This document shows positions 1 to 10,535 of a DNA stretch of 64,000 bases, one piece after another. The stretch comes from Candidatus Anstonellales archaeon (GTDB lineage Archaea > Micrarchaeota > Micrarchaeia > Anstonellales > J096): positions 22,436 through 86,435 of the forward strand of contig JAWAFD010000005.1 of NCBI GenBank assembly GCA_038890745.1, given 5' to 3'. The notes under the pieces were generated by a model, which searched no databases, was not told the origin of the DNA, and worked only from the letters and a program-made list of their open reading frames with translations. Position 1 is the stretch's first letter. The number at the start of each line of letters is the position of its first letter. A program made the translations under genes and the position numbers.

Positions 1-1104
1 ACCAAACTGTCCTGTTGCTATTGCTACTCTCTGCTGGCCTGCCCTTAACTCACCTCCTCCGCCCCCCTCCTTCACTTTCTTTCCTGTCCAGAACCTCCCT
101 TTTCCAACTCCTCTTAATCTTTCTTCTACTATTCCCATATTCTCCGCTATCCATGCTGGTCTTCCTCTTATCAACCCTTCTTTTACCCTACCGGGAAGAA
201 TTTTTGTCGCAATTCCTCCCATTGCTTCAACCGCTTTGGTAGCTGCTCTGGTTGTTACAGAGACGCCTTTTTCCACTGCTTCAACAGCTTTTTTAATAAA
301 AGAAACTTTCTTTCCTAACTCAACTGCTTTTCCGCCAAGTTTTTTTGCATGTGGGGCGACCTTAGCCACGACCTTAGCCTGTTGCAGAGTAATCCCTCCC
401 TTCCCTGTTATTCTTGCTCTTTGGCCTGTAATAAATCTTAAAGTATTCAGATCAAACCAGAAAAATGGGCTTCCACCAGTGGCATAGGAAGCAGCGAGAA
501 GCATGCCTGCGATTATAAAAAGAGGTAAGCAGATTGCAGGTGCGGTTCCTCCAAAAAGAGGAGGAAGGAGTGTTGGGATGTAAACGACTTGGGCATATGT
601 TGGGGAAAGGGTTGCAAAAATAGGCTGACCATTTTTATTTATGTATGCTGACTCAGGCCATGGGGCTGGTTTAAACCCTCCGCATGGAGAAACATCTTCA
701 AAAGAGGTTATACTTTCGTTTAGGCAGGGCTGGAGAAGGCAGTTTGGAGAAGAGGAGCAGCAAAACTTTACACCTATCGTACACCCCCTTACCATCCCTG
801 TTCCTGAGCATGTTTCGTTATAAGGTGTTAGGTCAAAAACCGCTTTTCCATTCTCATTTGTAAAAACCCTGCACCTAGAATAAAGGTCACCAGTTGCATT
901 ATACACTTCAATAAATAGGGTTGCGTTCCCAACAGGAAGCCTTTCTCCATTATAAACGGCATACATGTATATATCTACATTTTTTTCAACCAAACCTGCA
1001 ATAATCCCGGATTCATAAGCATTAAAAAGCTCCTCACAGCCAGGGCAGGGAGGCTGAGAGAAAAGCAAACTCATAAAAAATAAAAGAAAAAATACTTTTC
1101 TCAT
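1..1104 (-). CDS. Exported/membrane protein, runs off left window edge (not in ORF track)
   Basis: ATG at 1104 gives MRKVFFFYFFMSLLFSQPPCPGCEELF..., with a signal-like N-terminus, Cys-rich ectodomain, a TM segment (AICLPLFIIAGMLLAASYA) and then a K/G/A-rich region. The frame is still open at base 1. Confidence 0.8.
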   Translation of the reverse strand, partial: MRKVFFLLFFMSLLFSQPPCPGCEELFNAYESGIIAGLVEKNVDIYMYAVYNGERLPVGNATLFIEVYNATGDLYSRCRVFTNENGKAVFDLTPYNETCSGTGMVRGCTIGVKFCCSSSPNCLLQPCLNESITSFEDVSPCGGFKPAPWPESAYINKNGQPIFATLSPTYAQVVYIPTLLPPLFGGTAPAICLPLFIIAGMLLAASYATGGSPFFWFDLNTLRFITGQRARITGKGGITLQQAKVVAKVAPHAKKLGGKAVELGKKVSFIKKAVEAVEKGVSVTTRAATKAVEAMGGIATKILPGRVKEGLIRGRPAWIAENMGIVEERLRGVGKGRFWTGKKVKEGGGGGELRAGQQRVAIATGQFG

Positions 1105-1139
1105 AGTAGTTCTTCTAAGTGAAGCTTTAAATATCTTTT

Positions 1140-4100
1140 CTAATCATCAATCCAGCAATCCGAAACCCTTGTTTTAAGAGGAACGTCAAACCCGCAGAAA
1201 TTCGCGTATGTGCTTCCTCTTACGCATTCCTTGCTCTCATTTCCCGAAGTAGAGAATAGGATAGGAATGGGTTTTATGGAGGAGGACTGAATCGATAAGA
1301 ATGTTTTTGTGTTGTCCGCAACACAAATTTTTGGAAGCCCTTTTATAGAAGCAATTAGGTCTGAATACAAAGATGGCTCTGCCATCACATCCTGCAAAGG
1401 GTATTCCTCAAAAGAATACTTTCCTGCGCTGTAAACCCGACATTTTAGATTTCCAGAATAGGGAGGGGAAATACACATCTCTTTTACAACACAACCCTCT
1501 GGCCATTTCTGATTTCCAGAATATCCAGAGCACTGAAAACCAGTAAGCGGGTCGCCCAAATAATACCCATTACAAACACCTCTAAGAATGTCGACCTCAT
1601 CACATTCAACGCAGACGCACTCCTCGGAAACCTCGGCTTCGCTAACAAACGCATATGGGGTAAGACCTGATGAAATCTCAGCAGAGGATTCAACAGAACA
1701 GTAATCCTGCATATTTAAAGACGAGCCATCTGAGATGCTGAAATCAGAGAAATGCATCCCAATTATCCCTGAATTAACAAACCTTGCCCTTTGATAGGCA
1801 AGGTAGTTGAACATTCCATACTTATCTACAGGAGTGTTTACCTCTCTGATCATTAGCAGGGATGGCTTCCCGAACCTAGAAACAAGTTTTCTTGAAATGT
1901 TGTTTAATTTTTGAACAACGTATTCGTAAAACTTTATTTTTTCCTCTTCATTGTTAAGCGGAATTTTTGGGTTTATTTTTACTTCAACAATAAAAAGGTC
2001 TGAATTTTCCATAAGGGAATTGCATTGCTGCCCTGCAAAAGTTCCTTCCCTGGCACAGAACTCCTCTCCCGCTAAATGGTCTGACATTTCTAAACCATAC
2101 GCACTGTCAAAATTCTCAAGGAAAGACCTTTCAGAGTTTATATCCTGCGAATCAATGCCGGTTATGGTAATCTCACCTGAAAGCGCAGGCATACAATAGG
2201 GGCATGGTTCCTTAACCTCCATTGCCCTCTTCTCTAAATTTATTTCATAGTTGTTTCTTTCTTTTGCATTCCCTATAACAACAATTATCGGCCCCAAAGA
2301 GGATGCAGATTCTTTGTAATCGCCGGCATGGTTTCCTTGGTAGTCATCTGCGGCATAAAGCAGGCTTACGTATATATCGCGAAGGAGTTTGTATGCAAAT
2401 GTTGCATCCTCTTTGTAAACCGTGCGCTCAGGTTCATAGCAGCTATCGCATCCATAGTAAGTTTTGTAAAGCTCATCATCTTCGGCATAAAGAACTGGCA
2501 TAACCCCTGAAAATAGATAAGAAGTAAGCTTTCCTTTCATGTATTTCCAGTGAGGATAGAAATCAGGCCAGGAAACACGGGCATCATAGACATCACCATC
2601 TTGTCTTGTCGCATCCTTGCAGCCAAAAGCTAAATTGTAAGCATCGCACCTAAGCTGGTCATCACGATGCCCTCCACACGCAACCCTTGCATCAACACTA
2701 CCAGTGGAGATAACACGCCCGTTTTCATAAACCTCTCCAACAGTTTTTCCCTCCCACTCATTTGGGTTTCGCGCATTCAGGTTTGAGGGTGGCAGGATCT
2801 CAAGGAGAGGGCAGTAGTTTGCTATTCTTTTGTTTATTTCATTTGTAGTATCAGCCTCGTAATCATTCTTAAAATCTTCATAAGGTCCTTCTGGATAATC
2901 CGCAAGGTCTATTCGCGCTATTCCATTATTTTCAGAAATGGGAAGATCTTCGCTATTCGGGTCTCCGCCAGTCGGGTCATAGAATTCGTTTAATGGGTAA
3001 AGATGCTCAACAGCAATTGTGTTGAAGGTTGCAGGCTCGCACCATCCATATTCCTTTACAACTATGTTGCCCATTTCATCGGTTAAGCAGTTTCCAAAAT
3101 TTCCATCCTTATTTTTTCTTATTACTATTGCTGCGGATGCATACGCGCTGCATTCGCCATCCTCTCCCTGAGAGACGCAAAAATCATCATCTGTTAAACC
3201 AGAGCATATTTCTCTCCAATTTTCACCCATGCTCGAACCATCCAACCCGAATTTCGGGGGATAGCACACGGCGATATCATCTTTGTATTCTTCGCTCATG
3301 CAGTTTTCTATAAAATTCACAACATACGTCCCTCCTTCCTGGCATCCACTCCAGGTGGTTGGAACAATCTGGCAGTAATGAAGAATTGCCCATCTCGTTG
3401 GCTGGTCGTTCGGAAGAGGATAGTTCACAATCGGGCCGAGTGTTGAGCTGACGTCCCTTGAAAGGAATATCATAATCTTCCCATTGCTTATCTTTCCTGA
3501 AACCGGTGAAGGAGGAGTAAACAACCATTCTTCTGTTTTCAGGGATGCTCTACTCACTCCTAGAGTTTCCCCATCCCACATATCCACACTATTTTTTGGT
3601 TCATCTGAAGCAGGAACAGATTTTGTTCTTGTTGGGTTGCAGGCAACAGAGCCATACTCGTAGGAACAGCCGCACTCAACACCTTTGTTTGTTGAAGCAT
3701 GTATGCATACACTCCTTTTGTAAACGTTATTTCCACAAACCCCAGAGTAGCACTCAAACCCGCTCTCACATTCAAACTCTGCTTTTCCACCCTCAAAAAT
3801 CTGTGAGGCATAAATCGTGTGTCTAGGAAGAACGTTTGCATAATAGGTTGGAATTTCCTTAAACCCAAAAATTCCAACAGTTGCAGCAGTCAACCCGGTT
3901 CCTTCTTTTGCGAATTTTAAAACCCCGACATTTGCTGTTCTTCCATCGTTCGGATATTGTAATTCAACCTCTCCCTGGCTCCAGAAAGTATTTCCTCTAC
4001 CAGCTGCGCTCTCATCCTCAACATCTGCCCAGAAAAGCCCTCCGTACCAGTGCTTCACAGAACCCGGCTCATCCCCGAAAGGAGAGTTTGGAAGGGAAAG

Positions 4101-4832
4101 GGATTGGGTGGGGGAGGAGCAAACCATTGCTGGGTTTATCCCTCTGCATTCCCATTCGCACTCATAGTAAGAGGAGTATTCTTTGCCGTTTTCTGTGCAG
4201 GAATAAGCGCCATTTGTTTGTTGGCATTTTTTTTCAGCAAAAAAATAGTTTGAATACCTATCTTTTGTTCCAGTGTAGGAATTTAAGACCTTATCTGAGA
4301 GCGGGAAGAGGTACCGGTAAGTATCGTATTCCTCAAAGCTTTCTCCGATTCCAAACCTAAAACTATTCAGCATAAGCCCTTTGCTCATCGCGCTTTCAAC
4401 AGAAGGGGTCATTTTCAAAACATCGCATTCTGCATGCAGAAGGCCAAAAACAGCTCCTTGGCCTGTTGGAAGTTCTATGTTTCCCTTCTCAACATCCTCA
4501 TGGCTTATGAGAAGGGGAATGCCTATCTTTCCAAAATCACCGCAGAGCATTCCAGAGCATCCCTCAACACAAGATTTTACCTCCCATTCTGAACAAACAG
4601 AATAGTTGAAATCCTCAACCTCACAGAAAATAGGCTCATCATTTTCTTTCCATACTTTACAATCATCTTCACCAGTATAGCTAGGGTCTTCTGCGAGCTT
4701 GTCCGCAAAATAGCATTTATCGTTTTGAGCATATTTGTAAAGGCAGCAGTGCGCCTCTGGTTTCTGGAAGCAACCAACCATAAGAAGAAGCGCAAAACCC
4801 AAAAACAAAATAAATAATTTTCTTACTTTCAT
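1140..4832 (-). CDS. Large Cys-rich secreted protein / putative lipoprotein (1230 aa)
   Basis: Long ORF. Signal peptide ends LLLMVG-C (lipobox-like), with many Cys and acidic composition. Confidence 0.8.
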   Translation of the reverse strand: MKVRKLFILFLGFALLLMVGCFQKPEAHCCLYKYAQNDKCYFADKLAEDPSYTGEDDCKVWKENDEPIFCEVEDFNYSVCSEWEVKSCVEGCSGMLCGDFGKIGIPLLISHEDVEKGNIELPTGQGAVFGLLHAECDVLKMTPSVESAMSKGLMLNSFRFGIGESFEEYDTYRYLFPLSDKVLNSYTGTKDRYSNYFFAEKKCQQTNGAYSCTENGKEYSSYYECEWECRGINPAMVCSSPTQSLSLPNSPFGDEPGSVKHWYGGLFWADVEDESAAGRGNTFWSQGEVELQYPNDGRTANVGVLKFAKEGTGLTAATVGIFGFKEIPTYYANVLPRHTIYASQIFEGGKAEFECESGFECYSGVCGNNVYKRSVCIHASTNKGVECGCSYEYGSVACNPTRTKSVPASDEPKNSVDMWDGETLGVSRASLKTEEWLFTPPSPVSGKISNGKIMIFLSRDVSSTLGPIVNYPLPNDQPTRWAILHYCQIVPTTWSGCQEGGTYVVNFIENCMSEEYKDDIAVCYPPKFGLDGSSMGENWREICSGLTDDDFCVSQGEDGECSAYASAAIVIRKNKDGNFGNCLTDEMGNIVVKEYGWCEPATFNTIAVEHLYPLNEFYDPTGGDPNSEDLPISENNGIARIDLADYPEGPYEDFKNDYEADTTNEINKRIANYCPLLEILPPSNLNARNPNEWEGKTVGEVYENGRVISTGSVDARVACGGHRDDQLRCDAYNLAFGCKDATRQDGDVYDARVSWPDFYPHWKYMKGKLTSYLFSGVMPVLYAEDDELYKTYYGCDSCYEPERTVYKEDATFAYKLLRDIYVSLLYAADDYQGNHAGDYKESASSLGPIIVVIGNAKERNNYEINLEKRAMEVKEPCPYCMPALSGEITITGIDSQDINSERSFLENFDSAYGLEMSDHLAGEEFCAREGTFAGQQCNSLMENSDLFIVEVKINPKIPLNNEEEKIKFYEYVVQKLNNISRKLVSRFGKPSLLMIREVNTPVDKYGMFNYLAYQRARFVNSGIIGMHFSDFSISDGSSLNMQDYCSVESSAEISSGLTPYAFVSEAEVSEECVCVECDEVDILRGVCNGYYLGDPLTGFQCSGYSGNQKWPEGCVVKEMCISPPYSGNLKCRVYSAGKYSFEEYPLQDVMAEPSLYSDLIASIKGLPKICVADNTKTFLSIQSSSIKPIPILFSTSGNESKECVRGSTYANFCGFDVPLKTRVSDCWIDD

Positions 4833-4841
4833 TCTCTCCCC

Positions 4842-5798
4842 CTAAACCAATTTTGAGACCATTGAGATGAATGCTGTTGGCATCCCACCAAGTATGACTG
4901 TTGCAAACCTTATAAAAACAAAGGAAAGGGAAAGGGCTGCGAGGTTTCCAAGTAAAATCTGGTAGAAAACAGATGCCATGAAGTCCTGCATTGATTTGTG
5001 TTTTATCCCCATCTGGGCTGATTGCATGGAGAACCTGCTAAAATCCAAATCAAACCCTCTTCCTATGCTCAAATAGGTTGGGTAGTTGCAAACGGTTTCA
5101 GTTTCGAGCATAGGGGATTTTGGAGGGGCAACAAAACCCGATGAGGCAATCCATAGAACAGATGGGTAGATGTAGTAAAGAGCAATTGCTATTGAAATGA
5201 ACAGAGCACCAAGCCCACGGGTAAGCTTCATTGCGCGGAGAACTATTCCAACTGGAAGGAATATGGAGAGCATGTACTTTGAGATGTAATCTAGAACGTA
5301 GTATTGCGCTGCTAGGAAAACAGAAAGCTCTGTTCCTTTTTGTGTAAGGAACTGAACTTCAGAAACTCTTCTGTATATCGCCTCCCACCATCCCCCCTGA
5401 AAAATGGGGATGCCATACCATCCAAGATAGATTGATGAAAGTGGCATGACCCATCTCGCATCAGATGCTGCTGAATTCAGCACATCCTCCATTGATGCGA
5501 GCATGAGGAGCGTCTGCTCTTTTGACTGCTCAATCGCAAGAATGTTTATCGGACCCGGAGTTTGCGGGGGTGTAAGAAGGGTTGAAATCCCATTCAGTAT
5601 GAAAACAAGGAATATTATACCCAAGGCAACTGCAATATTGTCTATTATTTCAGCAATGGCAATCGTTTGCCCCCTCATGTCCATGAACATTTTCGCGAAC
5701 ATGTAATGGATTACTTCTATAAAAAATAGTATGAGCACTGAGAGGATTGCAACAATCCCCCAGTTTGTTTCCCAATCAGCAAGAAAATCCACCATCAT
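4842..5798 (-). CDS. Multi-pass membrane protein, CedA/VirB6-like paralog 6
   Basis: Shared motif FLPVGIVLRAMKLTRGLGALFISIAIALYYIYP; C-terminal ILGG; overlaps the upstream stop. Confidence 0.7.
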   Translation of the reverse strand: MMVDFLADWETNWGIVAILSVLILFFIEVIHYMFAKMFMDMRGQTIAIAEIIDNIAVALGIIFLVFILNGISTLLTPPQTPGPINILAIEQSKEQTLLMLASMEDVLNSAASDARWVMPLSSIYLGWYGIPIFQGGWWEAIYRRVSEVQFLTQKGTELSVFLAAQYYVLDYISKYMLSIFLPVGIVLRAMKLTRGLGALFISIAIALYYIYPSVLWIASSGFVAPPKSPMLETETVCNYPTYLSIGRGFDLDFSRFSMQSAQMGIKHKSMQDFMASVFYQILLGNLAALSLSFVFIRFATVILGGMPTAFISMVSKLV

Positions 5799-6880
5799 AC
5801 CATCCTCAAGAATCTTGCGATCTCTATTTCCTCCCCAAGGAATTTTCCGAGAGCGATTATTCCAGCAGAGGTGCCTATGAAGTTCAATGAAAGCAGGAAT
5901 GATGAGATTAAAAAGCTTATCGCACCGTATGTAAGCAACCTATCAAGAGAAACCGAGCAGACAGAGCCGTGCTGTGGTGGGCTGAGGTTTTTGCACAAAT
6001 ATATTTTTCCATCATGCTCCTTGAAAAAATAATCAAACTGCCCGAATAAGAATATGTTCCAGTCAAGCCCTCCCTTAAAGTATGGGTCTTTTTCATCTAT
6101 GTTCAACCCTCCTGGGGATGTCAAGTAGTGGATCTCATTTTGATTATCATATCCCCATTTTTCAGGCCTGAAAACAAGCCCTTCTATAACAAGAAGGGTA
6201 GGGAAGAAAACAATGAAGCCGGCTCCTATCGCAAGCAGAACACCCCCAACCCTTCTTGCAAAAGGTATAGATCGAAGGACAAGCCCAAGAGGGATGATAA
6301 GGAGGAAGCCCCCATTCATAAAAGAGCGCAACAGATATTTCTGCGAAAGAATGGTGAGAAGAGAAATTGTTGTTGTGTACGCCTGTGCGTTAAGAACGGC
6401 TGAAATCAAAGATGCCCACGCATCAGGGTTTAACCCAACCCCTTGGCCTGCGAGGAAGCACCAAAGGCTTTTACACTCGTATTTCCATACTGAAGAAATA
6501 AATCCTGCCATCATATTGTATATCCTTGTCATACGCATGGTGTTGTGCACATAGATACTCATGTTATCAAGGTAAGCATCTGCAAAATCGTACATACACA
6601 TATCTCCCTGCACTGAAAACCCTGTTAGTTCGGAAAGCACGGAAACATTGTAAATTGTTCCAAGATTGAGGAAGCTGAGGATAAAAACTGAGATGAGAGT
6701 TGAGAAAAAAAGCTGTGGAATCTCATCATGCGCCCAAACATCCAGTTTTGGGTTGTTTGTTATTTTTCCAATCATGTAAATTATTGAGATGATTATTGCA
6801 GAGGAAGCGATGCCTATGGCCATGGCTGTGTACACAAAGCCCATGTTCAGCATCTCAGGAGTAAATGTTGTACAGGTCAT
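5795..6880 (-). CDS. Multi-pass membrane protein, CedA/VirB6-like paralog 5
   Basis: Start moved to ATG 6880 (ATGA overlap with the upstream stop). Motifs NNPKLDVWAHDEI, IIPLGLVLRSIPFARRVGGVLLAIGAGFIVFFP, FLGEE. Confidence 0.7.
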   Translation of the reverse strand: MTCTTFTPEMLNMGFVYTAMAIGIASSAIIISIIYMIGKITNNPKLDVWAHDEIPQLFFSTLISVFILSFLNLGTIYNVSVLSELTGFSVQGDMCMYDFADAYLDNMSIYVHNTMRMTRIYNMMAGFISSVWKYECKSLWCFLAGQGVGLNPDAWASLISAVLNAQAYTTTISLLTILSQKYLLRSFMNGGFLLIIPLGLVLRSIPFARRVGGVLLAIGAGFIVFFPTLLVIEGLVFRPEKWGYDNQNEIHYLTSPGGLNIDEKDPYFKGGLDWNIFLFGQFDYFFKEHDGKIYLCKNLSPPQHGSVCSVSLDRLLTYGAISFLISSFLLSLNFIGTSAGIIALGKFLGEEIEIARFLRMV

Positions 6881-7899
6881 GCTATCCTCTCCAACTGCGC
6901 CAGCACAAAGGCGTACACCTCTGCGCCAAAGGCTTTTGAAGACGCACCTATCAGGGAGATGAGGACTAGAAGGGAAATCCCCTCTGAGAACATGGATTTT
7001 ACGAGCGCAAGGAAAACAGGACCGGAATAATCTGCGTTTATCATTGTTTCTGTCGCCTCCATGGCGTCGTACACCGGGTCTGCAGAACCGCTGCGACCCA
7101 TGTTCGTTGCCTTGCACTCAATTTTGGATGTGTCCACATTTATAGCCGGGTTGAGAGCGTTGATGTTTTGATACTCTGTGGAAACCCCATACATGAAAAC
7201 AATCATAAGCGGGTAGACAAAATAAAGCCCGAACGCAAGGGAAAGCAAAAACCCTCCCAGCCCCCTGCTTATCCCAAAGCATCTCATAAATATCCCAATC
7301 GGAAAAACAATCAAGAGAACAAAATCAGGGGTAAGCTTAAGGAGGAATATCTGGGAGCTTGTTGTTGCAATGGAAGCGCCAACTGTAGCTGCGTACATGC
7401 TGAGTGGGCTGGAAAACGCACTGAAGCCCATGCATGGGTTGATGCTGAAACCCATGTACACTCCTTTGCAATAGAAATCCTTTGTGGATTCCTTACTAAT
7501 GTCTTTTGAAACTGCTGCTATCTGGGTTAGGAGGAGTGTCTGCTCAGAGAGAAGCCTTTCGCTTATGTCTATTGCGAAGTTTATGTGCTTGGGTGTTGGA
7601 ACTGCATTAAGATTCTCATTCGGGAACCAATAGGAAGCAGCCCCTGCGGAAAACTGATCTATGATCGCAACCGCGAAAAGGAAGAGGGAGAACATGGCAA
7701 GGGTTGCGATCCACTCGTACGCCTCATGCTTGGCTGCAAGCTTCAGTCCCTCGCTCTCAAAAGCTATTCCGACCGCGTACACAACACTAATGAGTAGGGC
7801 TGCGATGAGCATCGCAAGAATGGAGGAAACCTCCCAGTTTTCTGGCTGGGCTGCAAAGGAAAGAGCAAACATCAACAGGAGGAATAATATTTTTCTCAT
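6877..7899 (-). CDS. Multi-pass membrane protein, CedA/VirB6-like paralog 4
   Basis: Signal peptide. Motifs ESEGLKLAAKHEA, VFPIGIFMRCFGISRGLGGFLLSLAFGLYFVYP, AFGAE. Confidence 0.7.
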   Translation of the reverse strand: MRKILFLLLMFALSFAAQPENWEVSSILAMLIAALLISVVYAVGIAFESEGLKLAAKHEAYEWIATLAMFSLFLFAVAIIDQFSAGAASYWFPNENLNAVPTPKHINFAIDISERLLSEQTLLLTQIAAVSKDISKESTKDFYCKGVYMGFSINPCMGFSAFSSPLSMYAATVGASIATTSSQIFLLKLTPDFVLLIVFPIGIFMRCFGISRGLGGFLLSLAFGLYFVYPLMIVFMYGVSTEYQNINALNPAINVDTSKIECKATNMGRSGSADPVYDAMEATETMINADYSGPVFLALVKSMFSEGISLLVLISLIGASSKAFGAEVYAFVLAQLERIA

Positions 7900-9620
7900 A
7901 AAAGCTCACCCAAACCAGGAACGAAAAGCTCCCCTCCTAAAAATGAGGCAAGCCCTGAGATGAAAACTATTGTTGCAGCTATGTTGAAAAGCGGAAGGAG
8001 GTAAGCGCTTATCATTATTTTCGCAACGTTTTCAACAAAACGAATGCCCGTGAGTGCTCCCCGGGAGGAATGGGTCTGGGTCGGAATTTTTGTGGCGCAA
8101 TGCTCCTCGCATTTTGCAAAAACAGGTGGATTGTAGGAAAAGCCTGGATCATCAAAATCAAGAATGGCTTTGCAGTCAGCCTTTCCCATATCCTCATGTA
8201 TTATGTAAACGCTCGTTTGCTTAGCTGCATTAATCATTCCCTCCCTGTTCTCAGCATAAAAACTCGTGTTTGCATTCTTCCATATCCGCCCTGGATTTTG
8301 CGGATAGTAGCTTTCGCATCCTGACTTGAATGTACTATAGTTTATATGATCATAGCAGTAGGAGGTTCCATTTGTATAAACCGCCATGCAGAAAGATGGG
8401 CAGTACTCGGATGAGGAGGGAATGGAAAAGGGTGCAACAACCCTACACCTTGAATCAACGTTTTTCAATTTTTCATAATCAGGTTCAAGAACAACCCTGG
8501 TCAAAAAGCATTTTTCTCTTGTTTTAAAAATTTCCGAGCAATTTTCTTTCACATCCGCGCAAAAAGGATTTTCAAATGGATAGGGAAGAACACGGCAGAA
8601 TGAAGGGCAGGTTGGTGGATAGTCGCAGGAGCATACACCGCCAAAACATTCTTTACTTCCATTATATATTCCTTCTAACTCCTCATTCGTCCATTCATTC
8701 TCCCGCGCAATTTGTATGAGCTGCAAATATGAGATTGAGTGTGTTGAGTTGTAGGCTACGGGTGAAAACATTTTGCATTCAAGAGGGCACTGCTCACCAA
8801 AGTCATACCCTATATCAGTAGAGAACCTGTTTTCTGTTATTGCGAAAGTTAGCAGAAACATCCCGGGAAAAACAACCATCGCCCCAAACCCAACAGCAAT
8901 CAACGTTCCTCCCCATCTTCTAGTGAGGAAGAAAGAGCGAAGGATAACTCCAGTAAGTATGAAAAAAGGCCCAAGGACAAATGCCATGTTATCCAAGAAG
9001 AATTTCTCGGCTAGTAAAAGGGAGTAGGCAGAGCTTAAAAAATCCATCAAAACCTGATCCCTTATAAGATAAATGGAAAAACCACTAGATATACTTAAGC
9101 TACCATAGAGGTAAAACCACCATCCAGGCTCGTCTATCGTAGAACTGGTATCCCCACCAAACCCTAATGATGAGGAAGAAATTTTGCCCCAAGTTATCGC
9201 ATCAAAGTATATCTCTTCAGCAATTCTTCTTACCTCCTTTATATACCATCCCAAATATTCAGAGGCGCTTCCTGCTACGCAGTTTCCCTGCGCGCATGGA
9301 ATTACCTGGGATGCAAGCGCATCCAAAAAACCGATGAAAGCAATTATAAAAATTACTATAAGCGCATTTATGAATATTTCTCCAAGCTCTATCTTTCCCC
9401 ATGCCTCAAGCTGGGAAAGCCCAAAGGATTTTCCACCAACTATGGCGAATATCGCAACCATGAGTGAGATAAGGATGAGAAGAAGAGAAACGAGTTGCCA
9501 GTTTGAGAGGACTGCTGAAACAAAGGTTGTTTGCGGAAGATTTTCGAGTGCCTGAGTGTATGTGGGCAGCTGGGCAAAAAGCAAAAGAACCAGCAGCAAA
9601 AGAATAAATATCTTTTTCAT
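7896..9620 (-). CDS. Multi-pass membrane protein, CedA/VirB6-like paralog 3 with Cys-rich insert
   Basis: Motifs GLSQLEAWGKIEL, ILTGVILRSFFLTRRWGGTLIAVGFGAMVVFP, FLGGE. About 230-aa Cys-rich loop. Confidence 0.7.
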   Translation of the reverse strand: MKKIFILLLLVLLLFAQLPTYTQALENLPQTTFVSAVLSNWQLVSLLLILISLMVAIFAIVGGKSFGLSQLEAWGKIELGEIFINALIVIFIIAFIGFLDALASQVIPCAQGNCVAGSASEYLGWYIKEVRRIAEEIYFDAITWGKISSSSLGFGGDTSSTIDEPGWWFYLYGSLSISSGFSIYLIRDQVLMDFLSSAYSLLLAEKFFLDNMAFVLGPFFILTGVILRSFFLTRRWGGTLIAVGFGAMVVFPGMFLLTFAITENRFSTDIGYDFGEQCPLECKMFSPVAYNSTHSISYLQLIQIARENEWTNEELEGIYNGSKECFGGVCSCDYPPTCPSFCRVLPYPFENPFCADVKENCSEIFKTREKCFLTRVVLEPDYEKLKNVDSRCRVVAPFSIPSSSEYCPSFCMAVYTNGTSYCYDHINYSTFKSGCESYYPQNPGRIWKNANTSFYAENREGMINAAKQTSVYIIHEDMGKADCKAILDFDDPGFSYNPPVFAKCEEHCATKIPTQTHSSRGALTGIRFVENVAKIMISAYLLPLFNIAATIVFISGLASFLGGELFVPGLGELL

Positions 9621-10531
9621 TGCACACCACCAAACGAGAGTGCTCTCCTTATCGCATCTATGGAGCTTATGGTGATTGCGAGAGCTATATTAGGGAAAAG
9701 TATTGTGTAAGGAAAGAACTTTGCAAACGCAATAAACCCATTCGCTTCGCAGCCACCAAAAAATGGGTCGCTTGCAACAGCGGAATTGCACGGAATGGAG
9801 ATGCTATCATAGCTTACTGCAAAAACAGAGTAGGAGAATGGAAGGAGGATGTAGAAAGAAAAAATAATCCCGAGAAGGATGTTCCCAGCCTCCCTTGCCT
9901 GCGGAACGAGCCGCGCCATGACTGCGAATGGTACGCTCCACGGAACGATCACATCCAAAGCAAGCTCAAACATTATTCCCTGCATCTTTGCTGAAAGAAG
10001 GAGCATGGAAAGAAGGTTTATGAGAATCTCAATCTGTGAGGCAACAATCTCCCTCCAATAATTCGTGTAAAGTACAACCCCACTTCCAGAAAAGTCGTAC
10101 CTTCCAGCGTATACAGAAGAGAGGATGCGGTAGTCGAAATAATCGCTGTACAACGTTCCTATCGTATTCTGGAGCTCGTTCTGCATTTTTGAAAAAAAGT
10201 TTTTTGAGTACTCAATTGGGTTATGAATTCCAGCGTACGCTGAGAGGTAGGAAGAAAAAATGGTGCAGCTTCCTATGAATATTCCCTGGATAAGCAAAAG
10301 CATTAAAACGGTTATAATTAGGTGGGAAAGTTCCTCTTTAGCAAGGACAATGAAGTTTGGAAAATGAAACGCAGAGCCGATTATGTAAACTATTGCGATA
10401 AGAAGGGCTGCAATCCCAACAAGTACCATAAGCACATCCCACCAGAAGTTATCCATTCCTGTTGTCGGGTCGCATACATTCTGAGCAAAAAGCAGGGAAA
10501 ATACCATGAGTAAAAAAAATGCTTTCTTCAC
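9617..10531 (-). CDS. Multi-pass membrane protein, CedA/VirB6-like paralog 2
   Basis: Start moved to GTG 10531 after a GGTGA RBS. Motifs HFPNFIVLAKEEL, SVPFAVMARLVPQAREAGNILLGIIFSFYILLP. Confidence 0.65.
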   Translation of the reverse strand: MKKAFFLLMVFSLLFAQNVCDPTTGMDNFWWDVLMVLVGIAALLIAIVYIIGSAFHFPNFIVLAKEELSHLIITVLMLLLIQGIFIGSCTIFSSYLSAYAGIHNPIEYSKNFFSKMQNELQNTIGTLYSDYFDYRILSSVYAGRYDFSGSGVVLYTNYWREIVASQIEILINLLSMLLLSAKMQGIMFELALDVIVPWSVPFAVMARLVPQAREAGNILLGIIFSFYILLPFSYSVFAVSYDSISIPCNSAVASDPFFGGCEANGFIAFAKFFPYTILFPNIALAITISSIDAIRRALSFGGVQ

Positions 10532-10535
10532 CCCA

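Noticed and set aside
15..823. Short + strand ORFs at the window start and the many antisense ORFs in the track
   Set aside because: They are shadows of well-supported genes on the opposite strand, with atypical composition.
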